Virus record (IMG/VR): IMGVR_UViG_3300028914_000059
Span: 32,001 to 96,000 of that record
Direction: 5' to 3' (one strand)
Length of the DNA: 64,000 nt
DNA from: a virus
Taxonomy: Duplodnaviria > Caudoviricetes
Shown: positions 29,290 through 37,081 of the stretch, piece after piece
Position numbering within the stretch: the stretch's first letter is position 1
Layout: each line of letters starts with the position of its first letter
The notes under the pieces: generated by a model
The model's input: the letters and a program-made list of their open reading frames with translations, nothing else
Databases searched by the model: none
Told to the model about the DNA's origin: nothing
Program-made: the position numbers and the translations under genes

Positions 29290-30624
29290 TTATTTTCCTT
29301 TAGAACCTATAGCTTCCACTATAACAGATTTGTAAGGGATAGGCAAGGAATTAAATACAGCAATCGGATCGGCTACCATTTCATCAAGAGTGCCCTGGTC
29401 AATAAGTCCGCCAAGGTCTCCAGCATTAAGATTCATGAGATCGTTGGCCTTTACAGGTTTACCCATAAAAGTAGTGGCCATAGCATCAAGAGTATTTGCT
29501 ACTTTTTCAAGTTTTGGATTACTTAAAGTAAGTATTGGTTTATAGGTACTGCCATAGGGGTCACGGATGAATTTACCATAACCCTTATCAAAACCTGCAA
29601 CCTTATCTAACATATGCAGAGTTTCAGCATATTTGTCTATATCGGTTCTTCCAATAAGTCCAGACAGTTTAACATAACCTACAAGAGCCTGGGCACGTTC
29701 ATCATCACATTTAGTAACTACTTCATGTTCTGCGGTCTTTTCGTTATATTTTACTTCATACTGTTTGAGCTGGTCTATACGGGTCTTAATACATTCATAA
29801 GCTGTTGGAGACCATTCATGAGAGGCGTATTTAGATACGGTGGTTGCTGGAATTTCAACATAATATTCAGCAGCCTTGTCACGAAGCTTCTTAGCGAAAG
29901 TGTGACGTTGTTCCAAAGAGAACTGTTTGTGGTTCTTATCAAAGTAAGAAGCCATCTTTTCAACATCTTCTGCACTTGTTATAGGGAATAGTCTTCTCTT
30001 CTGACCGTCTTTTTCGGAAACAAATACAAAACTGTCATCGCTGAGCTTAGCTCTGGATTCCTTGATGTTTCTGGTTTCTTCGTCAAAATGGTCGCGGAGT
30101 TTTTCAGCTTCTGGCTCTGATGGCTCACGATAGGTGTTGCCGGCAAGCTCGCTAGAATACACGCTGTATTTAACACCAGCAATTTCTCTTAATACATCAG
30201 AGAAAGCCCAGCACATGCGCCTGCCTATAGAGCCTGGGACTTCATCAGCTGAGTCTATCCTGTTATAAAGATTTTTGGCGGCTATAGCAGCTGCCTTGGC
30301 TGGGAGTTCCTTATAAACCTTGGACAGGTATATAGCACTTACTAAAGCGTTATTAATATCAGGGCAAGGGAAACGTCTGGTAACTTTACCATCCTTAGCT
30401 ACGTGGATAAGAGCGAAGTCACTGTCTGGAAGCAGTCCCAGATCTTCCGGACCGAGAACATCCAGCTTTTCTACTTCAGATTTGAACTCAGCAACGGCTT
30501 TCATGGCACGGGAAACTTCCTTGTCATCTCCAATTCTGCCGACTTCTTCTACAATAGCGGCCATCTTCCTGTATCCAGGATCAGAAGCTATATCCAGAAC
30601 TAAATCTGCAAATTTATTGAACAT
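29290..30624 (-). CDS. Hypothetical head-associated protein with an internal repeated domain
   Basis: Two copies of an L.DxxF....KDG...R.FP pattern; starts MFNKFA; EKTA/EKVA motifs. Confidence 0.55.
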   Translation of the reverse strand: MFNKFADLVLDIASDPGYRKMAAIVEEVGRIGDDKEVSRAMKAVAEFKSEVEKLDVLGPEDLGLLPDSDFALIHVAKDGKVTRRFPCPDINNALVSAIYLSKVYKELPAKAAAIAAKNLYNRIDSADEVPGSIGRRMCWAFSDVLREIAGVKYSVYSSELAGNTYREPSEPEAEKLRDHFDEETRNIKESRAKLSDDSFVFVSEKDGQKRRLFPITSAEDVEKMASYFDKNHKQFSLEQRHTFAKKLRDKAAEYYVEIPATTVSKYASHEWSPTAYECIKTRIDQLKQYEVKYNEKTAEHEVVTKCDDERAQALVGYVKLSGLIGRTDIDKYAETLHMLDKVAGFDKGYGKFIRDPYGSTYKPILTLSNPKLEKVANTLDAMATTFMGKPVKANDLMNLNAGDLGGLIDQGTLDEMVADPIAVFNSLPIPYKSVIVEAIGSKGK

Positions 30625-32002
30625 ATTTTCCTCCAGGTAAATTCTGTGGGAGTTTTAACAGTTCTTCGATGTCTATATATTCCTGGTCAGGAATTACCAA
30701 AGACTGGTTAAATCCAACATCATCTATAATTAAATTAATAATACATTTTCTAGGAACAAAGAATTCAAAATAACCACGCTCATCAGTATAGAGCAGATTA
30801 GTGCCTTTTCTGATAAAGGTGTTATTTATTCTGGTAGGTTCCTTAATTCTATATACTAAAGGTATACTTTCAGAAGGCTCTGCTCCGATACTTGCGATAG
30901 TGCCCTGAACAAGGCAAAGGTCTGAGAATATATCCGGTGCGTGTCTCTTTGGGGAAACCTGACCCTCAACACCATCCGCTGTCATAGCAGATATTGTATA
31001 AAGAGTCTTGGGAGTGCCTTTCCTGTCGAGGAACCACTGGAGCTTTGCACGGCTGTAAGTATCATTCGGAACAATAATTGTCCTGAAACGCTGAGGTTCT
31101 TCGGGTTCTTCTTCAACAGGTTCTTCCGGAGTTTCAGGCTCTTCTGGGGGTTCTTCCTGATTTTCATCAGGTTCACCTTCTTCGGAAGGCTCCTCTTCAG
31201 CTTTAGCTGCCAGATTAGCCTTTAACAGCTCAATAATTTCATTAAGACTGGGCTGTATATCGTCAGAACATCTAACGCACTGACATTTAGCTGGCTCCTC
31301 TGGAAGAGGTATTTCCGGATCTTCAGCACGTATTACATAATAAGCGGCATCCAACTGCTTTTCCCATGTAAGTCTGACTCCGTAGAAAGGATATTCCTCA
31401 TTTTCAGTTACAATGGTAATATCCAGGCAATCCTTCACGGGATCTAATTCCGGAGTAGCATCATTAGTGCTTTCAAATTCCATAATAAACTGATTACCAG
31501 CCCTACATTGAGACATCATCAATATTGTAGTATAGCTTTCTTCATCTTCTGCTTCACCGGCAGTCAGATGCACACCAGCTTTAAGCTCTTCAGCGCCGAG
31601 CAGATAATCGGGAGCTTCAGTGAGCTGAACTATACCAGAACCGGAAGTAGCTCTGAAAATTACTGGGTATGGAACATACTCAACCCACTCTTCTGGAAGC
31701 CCTGGAACAGGTAGAACTTCCCACGTAAATGGAGTAGGTTCAGCCGACTCTTCTGGTTCAATAGGTTCCTCGGGGTCACCTGGTTCAGTCCCTGGTTCAG
31801 TCCCTGGTTCAGTCCCTGGTTCAGTCCCTGGTTCAGTCCCTGGTTCAGTCCCTGGTTCAGTCCCTGGTTCAGTTCCTGGCTCAGTTCCTGGCTCAGTTCC
31901 TGGCTCAGTTCCTGGCTCAGTTCCTGGCTCAGTTCCTGGATCATCATTCTGGTCACCAGTGGGATTATCATTGTCATTATTCAATAATTCGTCATCGTCC
32001 AT
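30614..32002 (-). CDS. Highly acidic protein with (PGTE)13 repeat
   Basis: 462-aa ORF with E/P-rich low-complexity tracts. Confidence 0.65.
   Translation of the reverse strand: MDDDELLNNDNDNPTGDQNDDPGTEPGTEPGTEPGTEPGTEPGTEPGTEPGTEPGTEPGTEPGTEPGTEPGTEPGDPEEPIEPEESAEPTPFTWEVLPVPGLPEEWVEYVPYPVIFRATSGSGIVQLTEAPDYLLGAEELKAGVHLTAGEAEDEESYTTILMMSQCRAGNQFIMEFESTNDATPELDPVKDCLDITIVTENEEYPFYGVRLTWEKQLDAAYYVIRAEDPEIPLPEEPAKCQCVRCSDDIQPSLNEIIELLKANLAAKAEEEPSEEGEPDENQEEPPEEPETPEEPVEEEPEEPQRFRTIIVPNDTYSRAKLQWFLDRKGTPKTLYTISAMTADGVEGQVSPKRHAPDIFSDLCLVQGTIASIGAEPSESIPLVYRIKEPTRINNTFIRKGTNLLYTDERGYFEFFVPRKCIINLIIDDVGFNQSLVIPDQEYIDIEELLKLPQNLPGGKYVQ
31779..31939. repeat. 12-bp coding tandem repeat, 13 copies plus a partial copy
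   Basis: cctggttcagtc / cctggctcagtt units encoding PGTE on the minus strand, arranged as two homogeneous sub-blocks. Confidence 0.95.
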
Positions 32003-32012
32003 TGGTTACCTC

Positions 32013-32519
32013 TTACTTCTTATATGGAACATAGGTGTTGGGACCTATCTTTTCCAGCATACTCAGTTCAGTGCGAGTGTTGCGATTGTCTACATGGATA
32101 AACGGAGTTCTTGTCACACTGGGTCTTCTATAAATAATAGCTGTCTTGATACCTTTAGACAATTCGGGTATCTGTTCAAAAACTTTTTTAACATCAGCTT
32201 TTAAAGGAACAATATCAGCGGCTGCACCTACAACAGAAATGCCGTGGCTGTCCATTACTTTATGGATAGAATTGGATACACCACCAACTGCACTGTTCAA
32301 CCTGGTATTTCTATAACCGGAATTAACTCTAATGGGACCAAACTTATCTCTGATTGGTTGAAGAACATCCTGACAGAGAACTCTTAAAGCTTCTATAACT
32401 TCATCAATAGGGTAAGTAACTAATTCTGGGTGGCTGTCGCTTCGAATCAGCTCATATAAAGTAAAGTTATCTGACAACTTCGTATTTTTTGCTTTGGTTA
32501 TTTGTTGTGCTGTAAGCAT
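32013..32519 (-). CDS. Endolysin, peptidase M15 family (Zn D-Ala-D-Ala peptidase fold)
   Basis: LSDNFTLYEL, IRVNSGYR, NSAVGGVSNSIH, AADI, FIHVD. Confidence 0.85.
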   Translation of the reverse strand: MLTAQQITKAKNTKLSDNFTLYELIRSDSHPELVTYPIDEVIEALRVLCQDVLQPIRDKFGPIRVNSGYRNTRLNSAVGGVSNSIHKVMDSHGISVVGAAADIVPLKADVKKVFEQIPELSKGIKTAIIYRRPSVTRTPFIHVDNRNTRTELSMLEKIGPNTYVPYKK

Positions 32520-32898
32520 CTAACTTTCCCTCCTCTATGATTTCACGTATCACTTCACCTACTCTGGCACAATCAAAAGGCTTCTGCAGACATAGAGGAT
32601 ACTCTGGTTCTGCAATATATTCTTTAAAGTAATCCACATGAGATGAAGTCAGAACAATATATTTGACTGAGGTATGAAATCGCTTGAACAGTTCCACACC
32701 TGACATTCCTGGAATAACCATATCCAGAAATACAATATCATAAGTATAATATTTTAGCAACTCAGCAGCCTCTTCACCCGAGGTGACCATATCTATAACG
32801 ACAGGGGCCCTGAAATTGTATTCAGACAGGATTCTAGGCATCCAGTCCTTATAAAGAGAGGACAATAGTGAATCATCTTCTACTATAAGAAGTCTCAT
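32467..32898 (-). CDS. Stand-alone response-regulator receiver (CheY-like)
   Basis: LLIVEDD, phospho-acceptor DIVFLDMVIPGMSGVEL, VLTS, LQKPF. Confidence 0.85.
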   Translation of the reverse strand: MRLLIVEDDSLLSSLYKDWMPRILSEYNFRAPVVIDMVTSGEEAAELLKYYTYDIVFLDMVIPGMSGVELFKRFHTSVKYIVLTSSHVDYFKEYIAEPEYPLCLQKPFDCARVGEVIREIIEEGKLDAYSTTNNQSKKYEVVR

Positions 32899-32899
32899 A

Positions 32900-33418
32900 T
32901 TACCACCAGCCTTTGGCAGTGCCGAACATTTTTACTACCCAGATAATAAAGCCTACAAAACTGCTCAGTAATACACCTGATATATAATTATATCTGGTTT
33001 CCAGCTTTTCATAGGACTTCCTGAGCATATCCAGCTCCAGTTCAAGCTTTTCCACACGCAGAGATTCCTCTTTATGTGTATGCTCGAGAGTGTTGGCAAT
33101 GTTCGTGAACTTTTCATTGCATACAGCTTCAAAAGATGCTACCTGACGAGCAGATTCCTTGGCAGAGTCTACAGCAGACATAAGTTTACTCCTCTGGTCT
33201 GAAATCTCGTTGATCTGTTCTGTGAGATACTGCATAGAAGCAGTGGTTGTTCCCAAAGACAGCTTTAAATTGCCTATTTCAGTGATCTGTAACTCATCAT
33301 TTATTTCTATCTTTCTAACCTGTTCCTTCAGTGCGGAGACAGATGTGAGTAGGGTGCGCTGTTCTTCACTGACCCTGTCCAGCATACTGTAAAGTCGTGT
33401 TGTTTCCTGTTCCGCCAT
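32900..33418 (-). CDS. Coiled-coil protein with C-terminal TM helix (holin/XhlA-like); start taken at MAEQET
   Basis: Long heptad region, then YISGVLLSSFVGFIIWVV; upstream of the endolysin. Confidence 0.5.
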   Translation of the reverse strand: MAEQETTRLYSMLDRVSEEQRTLLTSVSALKEQVRKIEINDELQITEIGNLKLSLGTTTASMQYLTEQINEISDQRSKLMSAVDSAKESARQVASFEAVCNEKFTNIANTLEHTHKEESLRVEKLELELDMLRKSYEKLETRYNYISGVLLSSFVGFIIWVVKMFGTAKGWW

Positions 33419-33446
33419 AATAAAAGTCCTACATAAGATATACTTT

Positions 33447-33475
33447 AATATAAAACCTAGAGAGCTTTTCGTCAA
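33447..33475 (-). promoter_or_regulatory. Sigma70-like promoter for the lysis/head block
   Basis: Minus strand TTGACG-N17-TATATT. Confidence 0.5.
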
Positions 33476-33537
33476 TACTTAAGCCCACTATAACATATAC
33501 TCCGAAGGCAACATTTTTTCAACAGGTAAAAATTTAT

Positions 33538-33554
33538 GGTATAAGAGAAATGTA
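33538..33554 (+). promoter_or_regulatory. Phage promoter motif, copy 2, directly ahead of the ncRNA array
   Basis: ggtataagagaaatgta, ending 3 nt before unit 1. Confidence 0.7.
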
Positions 33555-33557
33555 ATT

Positions 33558-33882
33558 CCAGGAAGTACAATATACTTTCTAAACTAAAGGTTGCTGTCTC
33601 AGCCTCCACGCAAAATATTTGAGTCAAACTAGATAATAGTTTACTCACCATACACTGCCGCGTTCCAGGAGAACAGCATGCATCCTGGATCCCGAATATT
33701 CGGGGATCATGTAAACCGGTCTCAGAATTCGAAACTCGCTCCTTACAGTAGCTTCCTTTCGAACTCTGAAGACCGGTGAACACTTCCCCCGAACTTCAGG
33801 ATCCAGGATGCATGCTTTACTCCTTGCACGCGGCAGTGCACTCGCGTAAACTATTATGAATAGAAAGTTGACGGCTTCCTGG
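33558..33882 (+). ncRNA. Retron-like ncRNA unit 1
   Basis: Closing stem ccaggaagt..actttcta / tagaaagt..gcttcctgg; small hairpin aggttg-ctgtct-cagcct; 225-nt imperfect hairpin 33633-33857; GAA linker. Confidence 0.7.
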
Positions 33883-33894
33883 TTTTACCTTTAT

Positions 33895-34100
33895 GGGGAC
33901 CCCCGGAATAACCTTATTTGAAGAGGTTTCCTCTTCATAGTATTATGGAAAATACATACTATTATAGTTCATACTGGCGCTTGTCTTCCATGGGTGATCT
34001 GGATAGCTGCTCCTTCTCTGGATCAGAAGGCTCAGCTCTCCAGATCACCCATGGAAGACGGCTCTAGTATGAACTATAGAATATTCCGGGACTACTCCCC
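33895..34100 (+). ncRNA. Retron-like ncRNA unit 2
   Basis: Closing stem cccggaata / tattccggg; hairpin tgaagagg-ttt-cctcttca; second small hairpin; 116-nt hairpin 33963-34078; GAA linker. Confidence 0.75.
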
Positions 34101-34106
34101 TCCTAA

Positions 34107-34185
34107 GAGAACTTCTGCTAAATGGTCTAAGCCTGGATTATGCGCGCTCTATCCAGAATGGCAGGTTCGAATCCTCCAGTTCTCA
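34107..34185 (+). tRNA. tRNA-like element with aberrant anticodon loop (no isotype assignable)
   Basis: Acceptor stem gagaact/agttctc plus discriminator A; D arm gct-aaatggtcta-agc; arm ctggat/atccag with 12-nt loop; T arm gcagg-ttcgaat-cctcc; no encoded CCA. Confidence 0.65.
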
Positions 34186-34195
34186 TTGGCTGCTT

Positions 34196-34444
34196 TGTCG
34201 ATAAAGCAAACTATTGCAGCGGATTCCGCTGCAGTGTATAATATCAGTTATGAACTATAAGATAACTGCAGAGCTAAATTCCCTGACATATGTCCACCGA
34301 GCTGGAACAAATCGACGGGTCTTTGTTCGGAATCCTGCCTTGTGGGGCAGGATCCTTCACTGCAAACCCGTCGATTTTTATCCAGCCAGGTGGACATCGT
34401 CAGTGAAATTAGCTCGCCAGTTATCTTGAATGCTGATATCGACA
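34196..34444 (+). ncRNA. Retron-like ncRNA unit 3
   Basis: Closing stem tgtcgata.agca / tgct..tatcgaca; hairpin tgcagcgg-att-ccgctgca; second small hairpin; 169-nt hairpin 34259-34427; GAA linker. Confidence 0.75.
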
Positions 34445-34450
34445 GGTACC

Positions 34451-34698
34451 TCTGGTAAGATATTTGCTAGACTTGTGGATGAGGATACCTCATCCGGGTG
34501 GATTGCAACTAACACACTCGTTTATATACAGGTTATCCAGTGCACAGCTGGCCACGGCGCTACGGATGAGAAGGAATACCCAGTACCTTACGCAGGTAAA
34601 CCTTCTCCAGGACACTGGGTGCTCCTTCACATCCGCTGCGCCATCGGCCCGCATAGCACGGATACCTGTATATAAAAAGTAGCATATGAACTTCCAGA
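34451..34698 (+). ncRNA. Retron-like ncRNA unit 4
   Basis: Closing stem tctgg.aag..atttgcta / tagcatat...cttccaga; hairpin ggatgagg-ata-cctcatcc; 156-nt hairpin 34521-34676; AAG linker. Confidence 0.7.
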
Positions 34699-34701
34699 CT
34701 C

Positions 34702-34738
34702 GATAGCGGGATTGCCTTAAAAGGCAATCCTGTCTGTC
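34702..34738 (+). terminator. Strong hairpin closing the array (terminator or 3' stabiliser)
   Basis: cgggattgcctt-aa-aaggcaatcctg; U-tract weak. Confidence 0.5.
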
Positions 34739-34789
34739 ATTATTAAATCTCAAACTAAAGTATAATTTTTACATATAAGGAGTAAGACA

Positions 34790-35482
34790 ATGGCTGCTAA
34801 AACATATGCAGGAGCTATGGCTCACATTAACTCTCTGGCTTCTGCAGTAACTACCAAGCTGAACTCTATTAATGTGTCAGGCACAAACTCAGGAAGAGCT
34901 GAACAGGTAAGAACAGCTAAAGCCTGGTATACTGAACAGTTCGGTAATCTGAAAGAAGCTCTGTCCGGTTATATCAACGGTGGAACCGGCTGGTTCAGAG
35001 TGGAGGGGCAGAACAAGAAGACCATGGAAAATGACATCTATGAGCTGATCACAGCAGGTGTTAACAAACTGTGCATATCTCTGGAACCGGAAGAAGGCGA
35101 AGAACCAATCAACTTCTGGGATTATTTCGGAGCCGAAGATTCGCTGGGGACAATTCTCAGCTGGACTATCAATGATGTCTATCTAGGCTATGCAAATCTT
35201 CCTACAAACCATACCCTGTTCGCACCCGTAATACAGAAGCTGAACAATGCACCCGCACAGGAACATGCTCGCAGAGAAGAGCTGCAACTGAAGCTTATGG
35301 GTGATTACATGATGTACAACCTGCCTGAGCTGTTGGAACCAGACTATCAGGTATTAGGGCCTGACGAAGACCCACCCACTATTCAGGAAATAGGTACTGT
35401 AATTTACATAGATTGGAAGTTAAAGGAAGTTATAGAAGCTTTCAATCTGGACATTTATATCCCAACTTATGTAAGGAGCTGA
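34790..35482 (+). CDS. Hypothetical protein immediately downstream of the ncRNA array
   Basis: 230-aa ORF, SD taaggag. Confidence 0.65.
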   Translation: MAAKTYAGAMAHINSLASAVTTKLNSINVSGTNSGRAEQVRTAKAWYTEQFGNLKEALSGYINGGTGWFRVEGQNKKTMENDIYELITAGVNKLCISLEPEEGEEPINFWDYFGAEDSLGTILSWTINDVYLGYANLPTNHTLFAPVIQKLNNAPAQEHARREELQLKLMGDYMMYNLPELLEPDYQVLGPDEDPPTIQEIGTVIYIDWKLKEVIEAFNLDIYIPTYVRS

Positions 35483-35487
35483 CAAAT

Positions 35488-35706
35488 ATGGCCAAACAAA
35501 AATCCAAACCTAAAATAGCAGAAAAGTATATACATCCCTGCTCATATTGTGCTAACATGAGTAAGGACCCTGCTACGAACCAGATGTCCTGCATCATCAA
35601 TGATCCTACATTCTGGGCCGAATATCAGGGCTTTAAAGATAAACTCTGTCTGGAGGCATGCGATGGTTGGAAAGGTATTAGAGAAAGTAACCGGATTCAA
35701 TACTGA
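35488..35706 (+). CDS. Small Cys-rich protein (start taken at MAKQKSK)
   Basis: SD taaggag; CxxC...C...C pattern. Confidence 0.5.
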   Translation: MAKQKSKPKIAEKYIHPCSYCANMSKDPATNQMSCIINDPTFWAEYQGFKDKLCLEACDGWKGIRESNRIQY

Positions 35707-36175
35707 TATGTATATAGTATCGGTGGAACTAAAGGACAAGAAAACCGGTGAAACTGACGTATTTGTATTGAGCAGAGAAGTAGAGGGCTGTGAGATGCCT
35801 AAGATAATGACATTCCTGGATGCCAGTGAATTTCAGAAATTCGTAAAAGATGTCTCCAGGTCTGCCTGTCCTACCTTCGACCTGTTCAATAAACTCTTCT
35901 ACAAAGGCAACCCCAGACTACACCCTATATGGACATTCGACACCTCTGTATTCAAGAACAGCGGTCCGATGGATGTCCTTTCTTTCTGTTTCGATACAAT
36001 GAGCCTGGCCTATATCAAATGTGACGGACTTACTGCCGGAATATGGAGGATGGGCGGAGAGCCTGTAGAACTGCCTAAGATAGAACTGCCAAAATACTAT
36101 GTGGATCCCAAGCTGGACGAAAAGGTAGCTGCCGGAGATATCTTCATGGGAAAGCTTAATAGAAGACCTCAATAA
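35600..36175 (+). CDS. Hypothetical protein (true start probably the internal MVGKV after SD ggagg)
   Basis: ORF within the operon. Confidence 0.55.
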   Translation: MILHSGPNIRALKINSVWRHAMVGKVLEKVTGFNTDMYIVSVELKDKKTGETDVFVLSREVEGCEMPKIMTFLDASEFQKFVKDVSRSACPTFDLFNKLFYKGNPRLHPIWTFDTSVFKNSGPMDVLSFCFDTMSLAYIKCDGLTAGIWRMGGEPVELPKIELPKYYVDPKLDEKVAAGDIFMGKLNRRPQ

Positions 36176-36187
36176 TAAGTATATTTT

Positions 36188-36204
36188 GGTATAAGCAAAG
36201 TATA
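36188..36204 (+). promoter_or_regulatory. Phage promoter motif, copy 3
   Basis: ggtataagcaaagtata, upstream of SD aaggagg. Confidence 0.65.
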
Positions 36205-36226
36205 CTTACCAAGGAGGTACTTTATA

Positions 36227-36970
36227 ATGTTTCAAACTGTTGCTAATAAACAGATAGAAGCAGTTCAATTTCGCGGGACTCTGGAAAGCGCGGCAGAATG
36301 CTGCAAACTCCTGGCCCATCTTAGCATCCCAACAAGCATAGAAGTGCAGAATGAGAAAGTAAAATTAATTATTGCTGGCATGTCTCTGCCAAAGTATATG
36401 TTTGTTATTAAAAGAAATACGGATTTCGCAGTAGTCGGGGCTTCAATCTTCACAGAATGTTTCTCTACTATAGAAGAAGAAAAACCGGCTGAAGAAAACA
36501 AAATCACAGGTGAGGCTACTCCGGAAAACATAGCCAGAATCCTGGCCCAGCTGAAGCAGCAGGAAGCCGCTCCCAAAAAAGACGAAGGCATTTGGGATAA
36601 AGCTCCGACAGGACCTAAAATGCAAGTAGTCTTAAGCCCAGAGCAGGAAGAAATGGTTAGCGATATCATCGACAATCTTGTCGAAGATATCCAGATCAAT
36701 GATAACAAAAGAGAAGACCTGCGCAGACAGGAATGGGAAGAACAATTCGGAGGTATAGACGACGATGATGAAGACTACCAGGAATTCGAAGAGTTCTCAC
36801 CGTTAGAGTTCACTACTAATCCTGGAAGTCTTACAGTAAACTTGAACGGTCGTGATAAGTCTGTAGTTACAGAAGTTCTCGATACTAAAATAAAAGACAT
36901 CATGGATAAGAAGCTTAACCCACCGAAGGTAATTACCAAGGATGGATGCATAACCTTAGACTTCCGCTAA
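36227..36970 (+). CDS. Hypothetical acidic protein
   Basis: 247-aa ORF with SD; IEAVQF N-terminal motif common in phage proteins. Confidence 0.6.
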   Translation: MFQTVANKQIEAVQFRGTLESAAECCKLLAHLSIPTSIEVQNEKVKLIIAGMSLPKYMFVIKRNTDFAVVGASIFTECFSTIEEEKPAEENKITGEATPENIARILAQLKQQEAAPKKDEGIWDKAPTGPKMQVVLSPEQEEMVSDIIDNLVEDIQINDNKREDLRRQEWEEQFGGIDDDDEDYQEFEEFSPLEFTTNPGSLTVNLNGRDKSVVTEVLDTKIKDIMDKKLNPPKVITKDGCITLDFR

Positions 36971-36974
36971 GAGT

Positions 36975-37008
36975 AAAAGAGTCAGCCTGTATGTGCTGGC
37001 TCTTTTTT
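36975..37008 (+). terminator. Intrinsic terminator
   Basis: aaaagagtcagc-loop-gctggctctttttt. Confidence 0.7.
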
Positions 37009-37022
37009 AGCTGGTATTTTTA

Positions 37023-37039
37023 GGTATAAGATAACTGTA
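37023..37039 (+). promoter_or_regulatory. Phage promoter motif, copy 4
   Basis: ggtataagataactgta, right after a terminator and before a gene. Confidence 0.7.
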
Positions 37040-37081
37040 AGTTCATGTTGAGCTTACTAACTCAAATTAAGGAGACAGACA

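Noticed and set aside
31779-31939. 12-bp tandem repeat as CRISPR or regulatory array
   Set aside because: No spacers; it is an in-frame PGTE coding repeat.
33558-34738. Array as CRISPR array, MITE/REP cluster or replication origin
   Set aside because: No direct repeats with spacers, no shared terminal sequence or target duplications between units, no iterons. Only structure and junction motifs are conserved. An origin role cannot be strictly excluded.
33472-34753. Short ORFs in the track across the array (33472-33783, 33994-34260, 34214-34429, 34430-34675, 34464-34682, 34490-34753)
   Set aside because: No convincing SDs, mutually overlapping, atypical composition; better explained as chance ORFs in GC-richer structured RNA.
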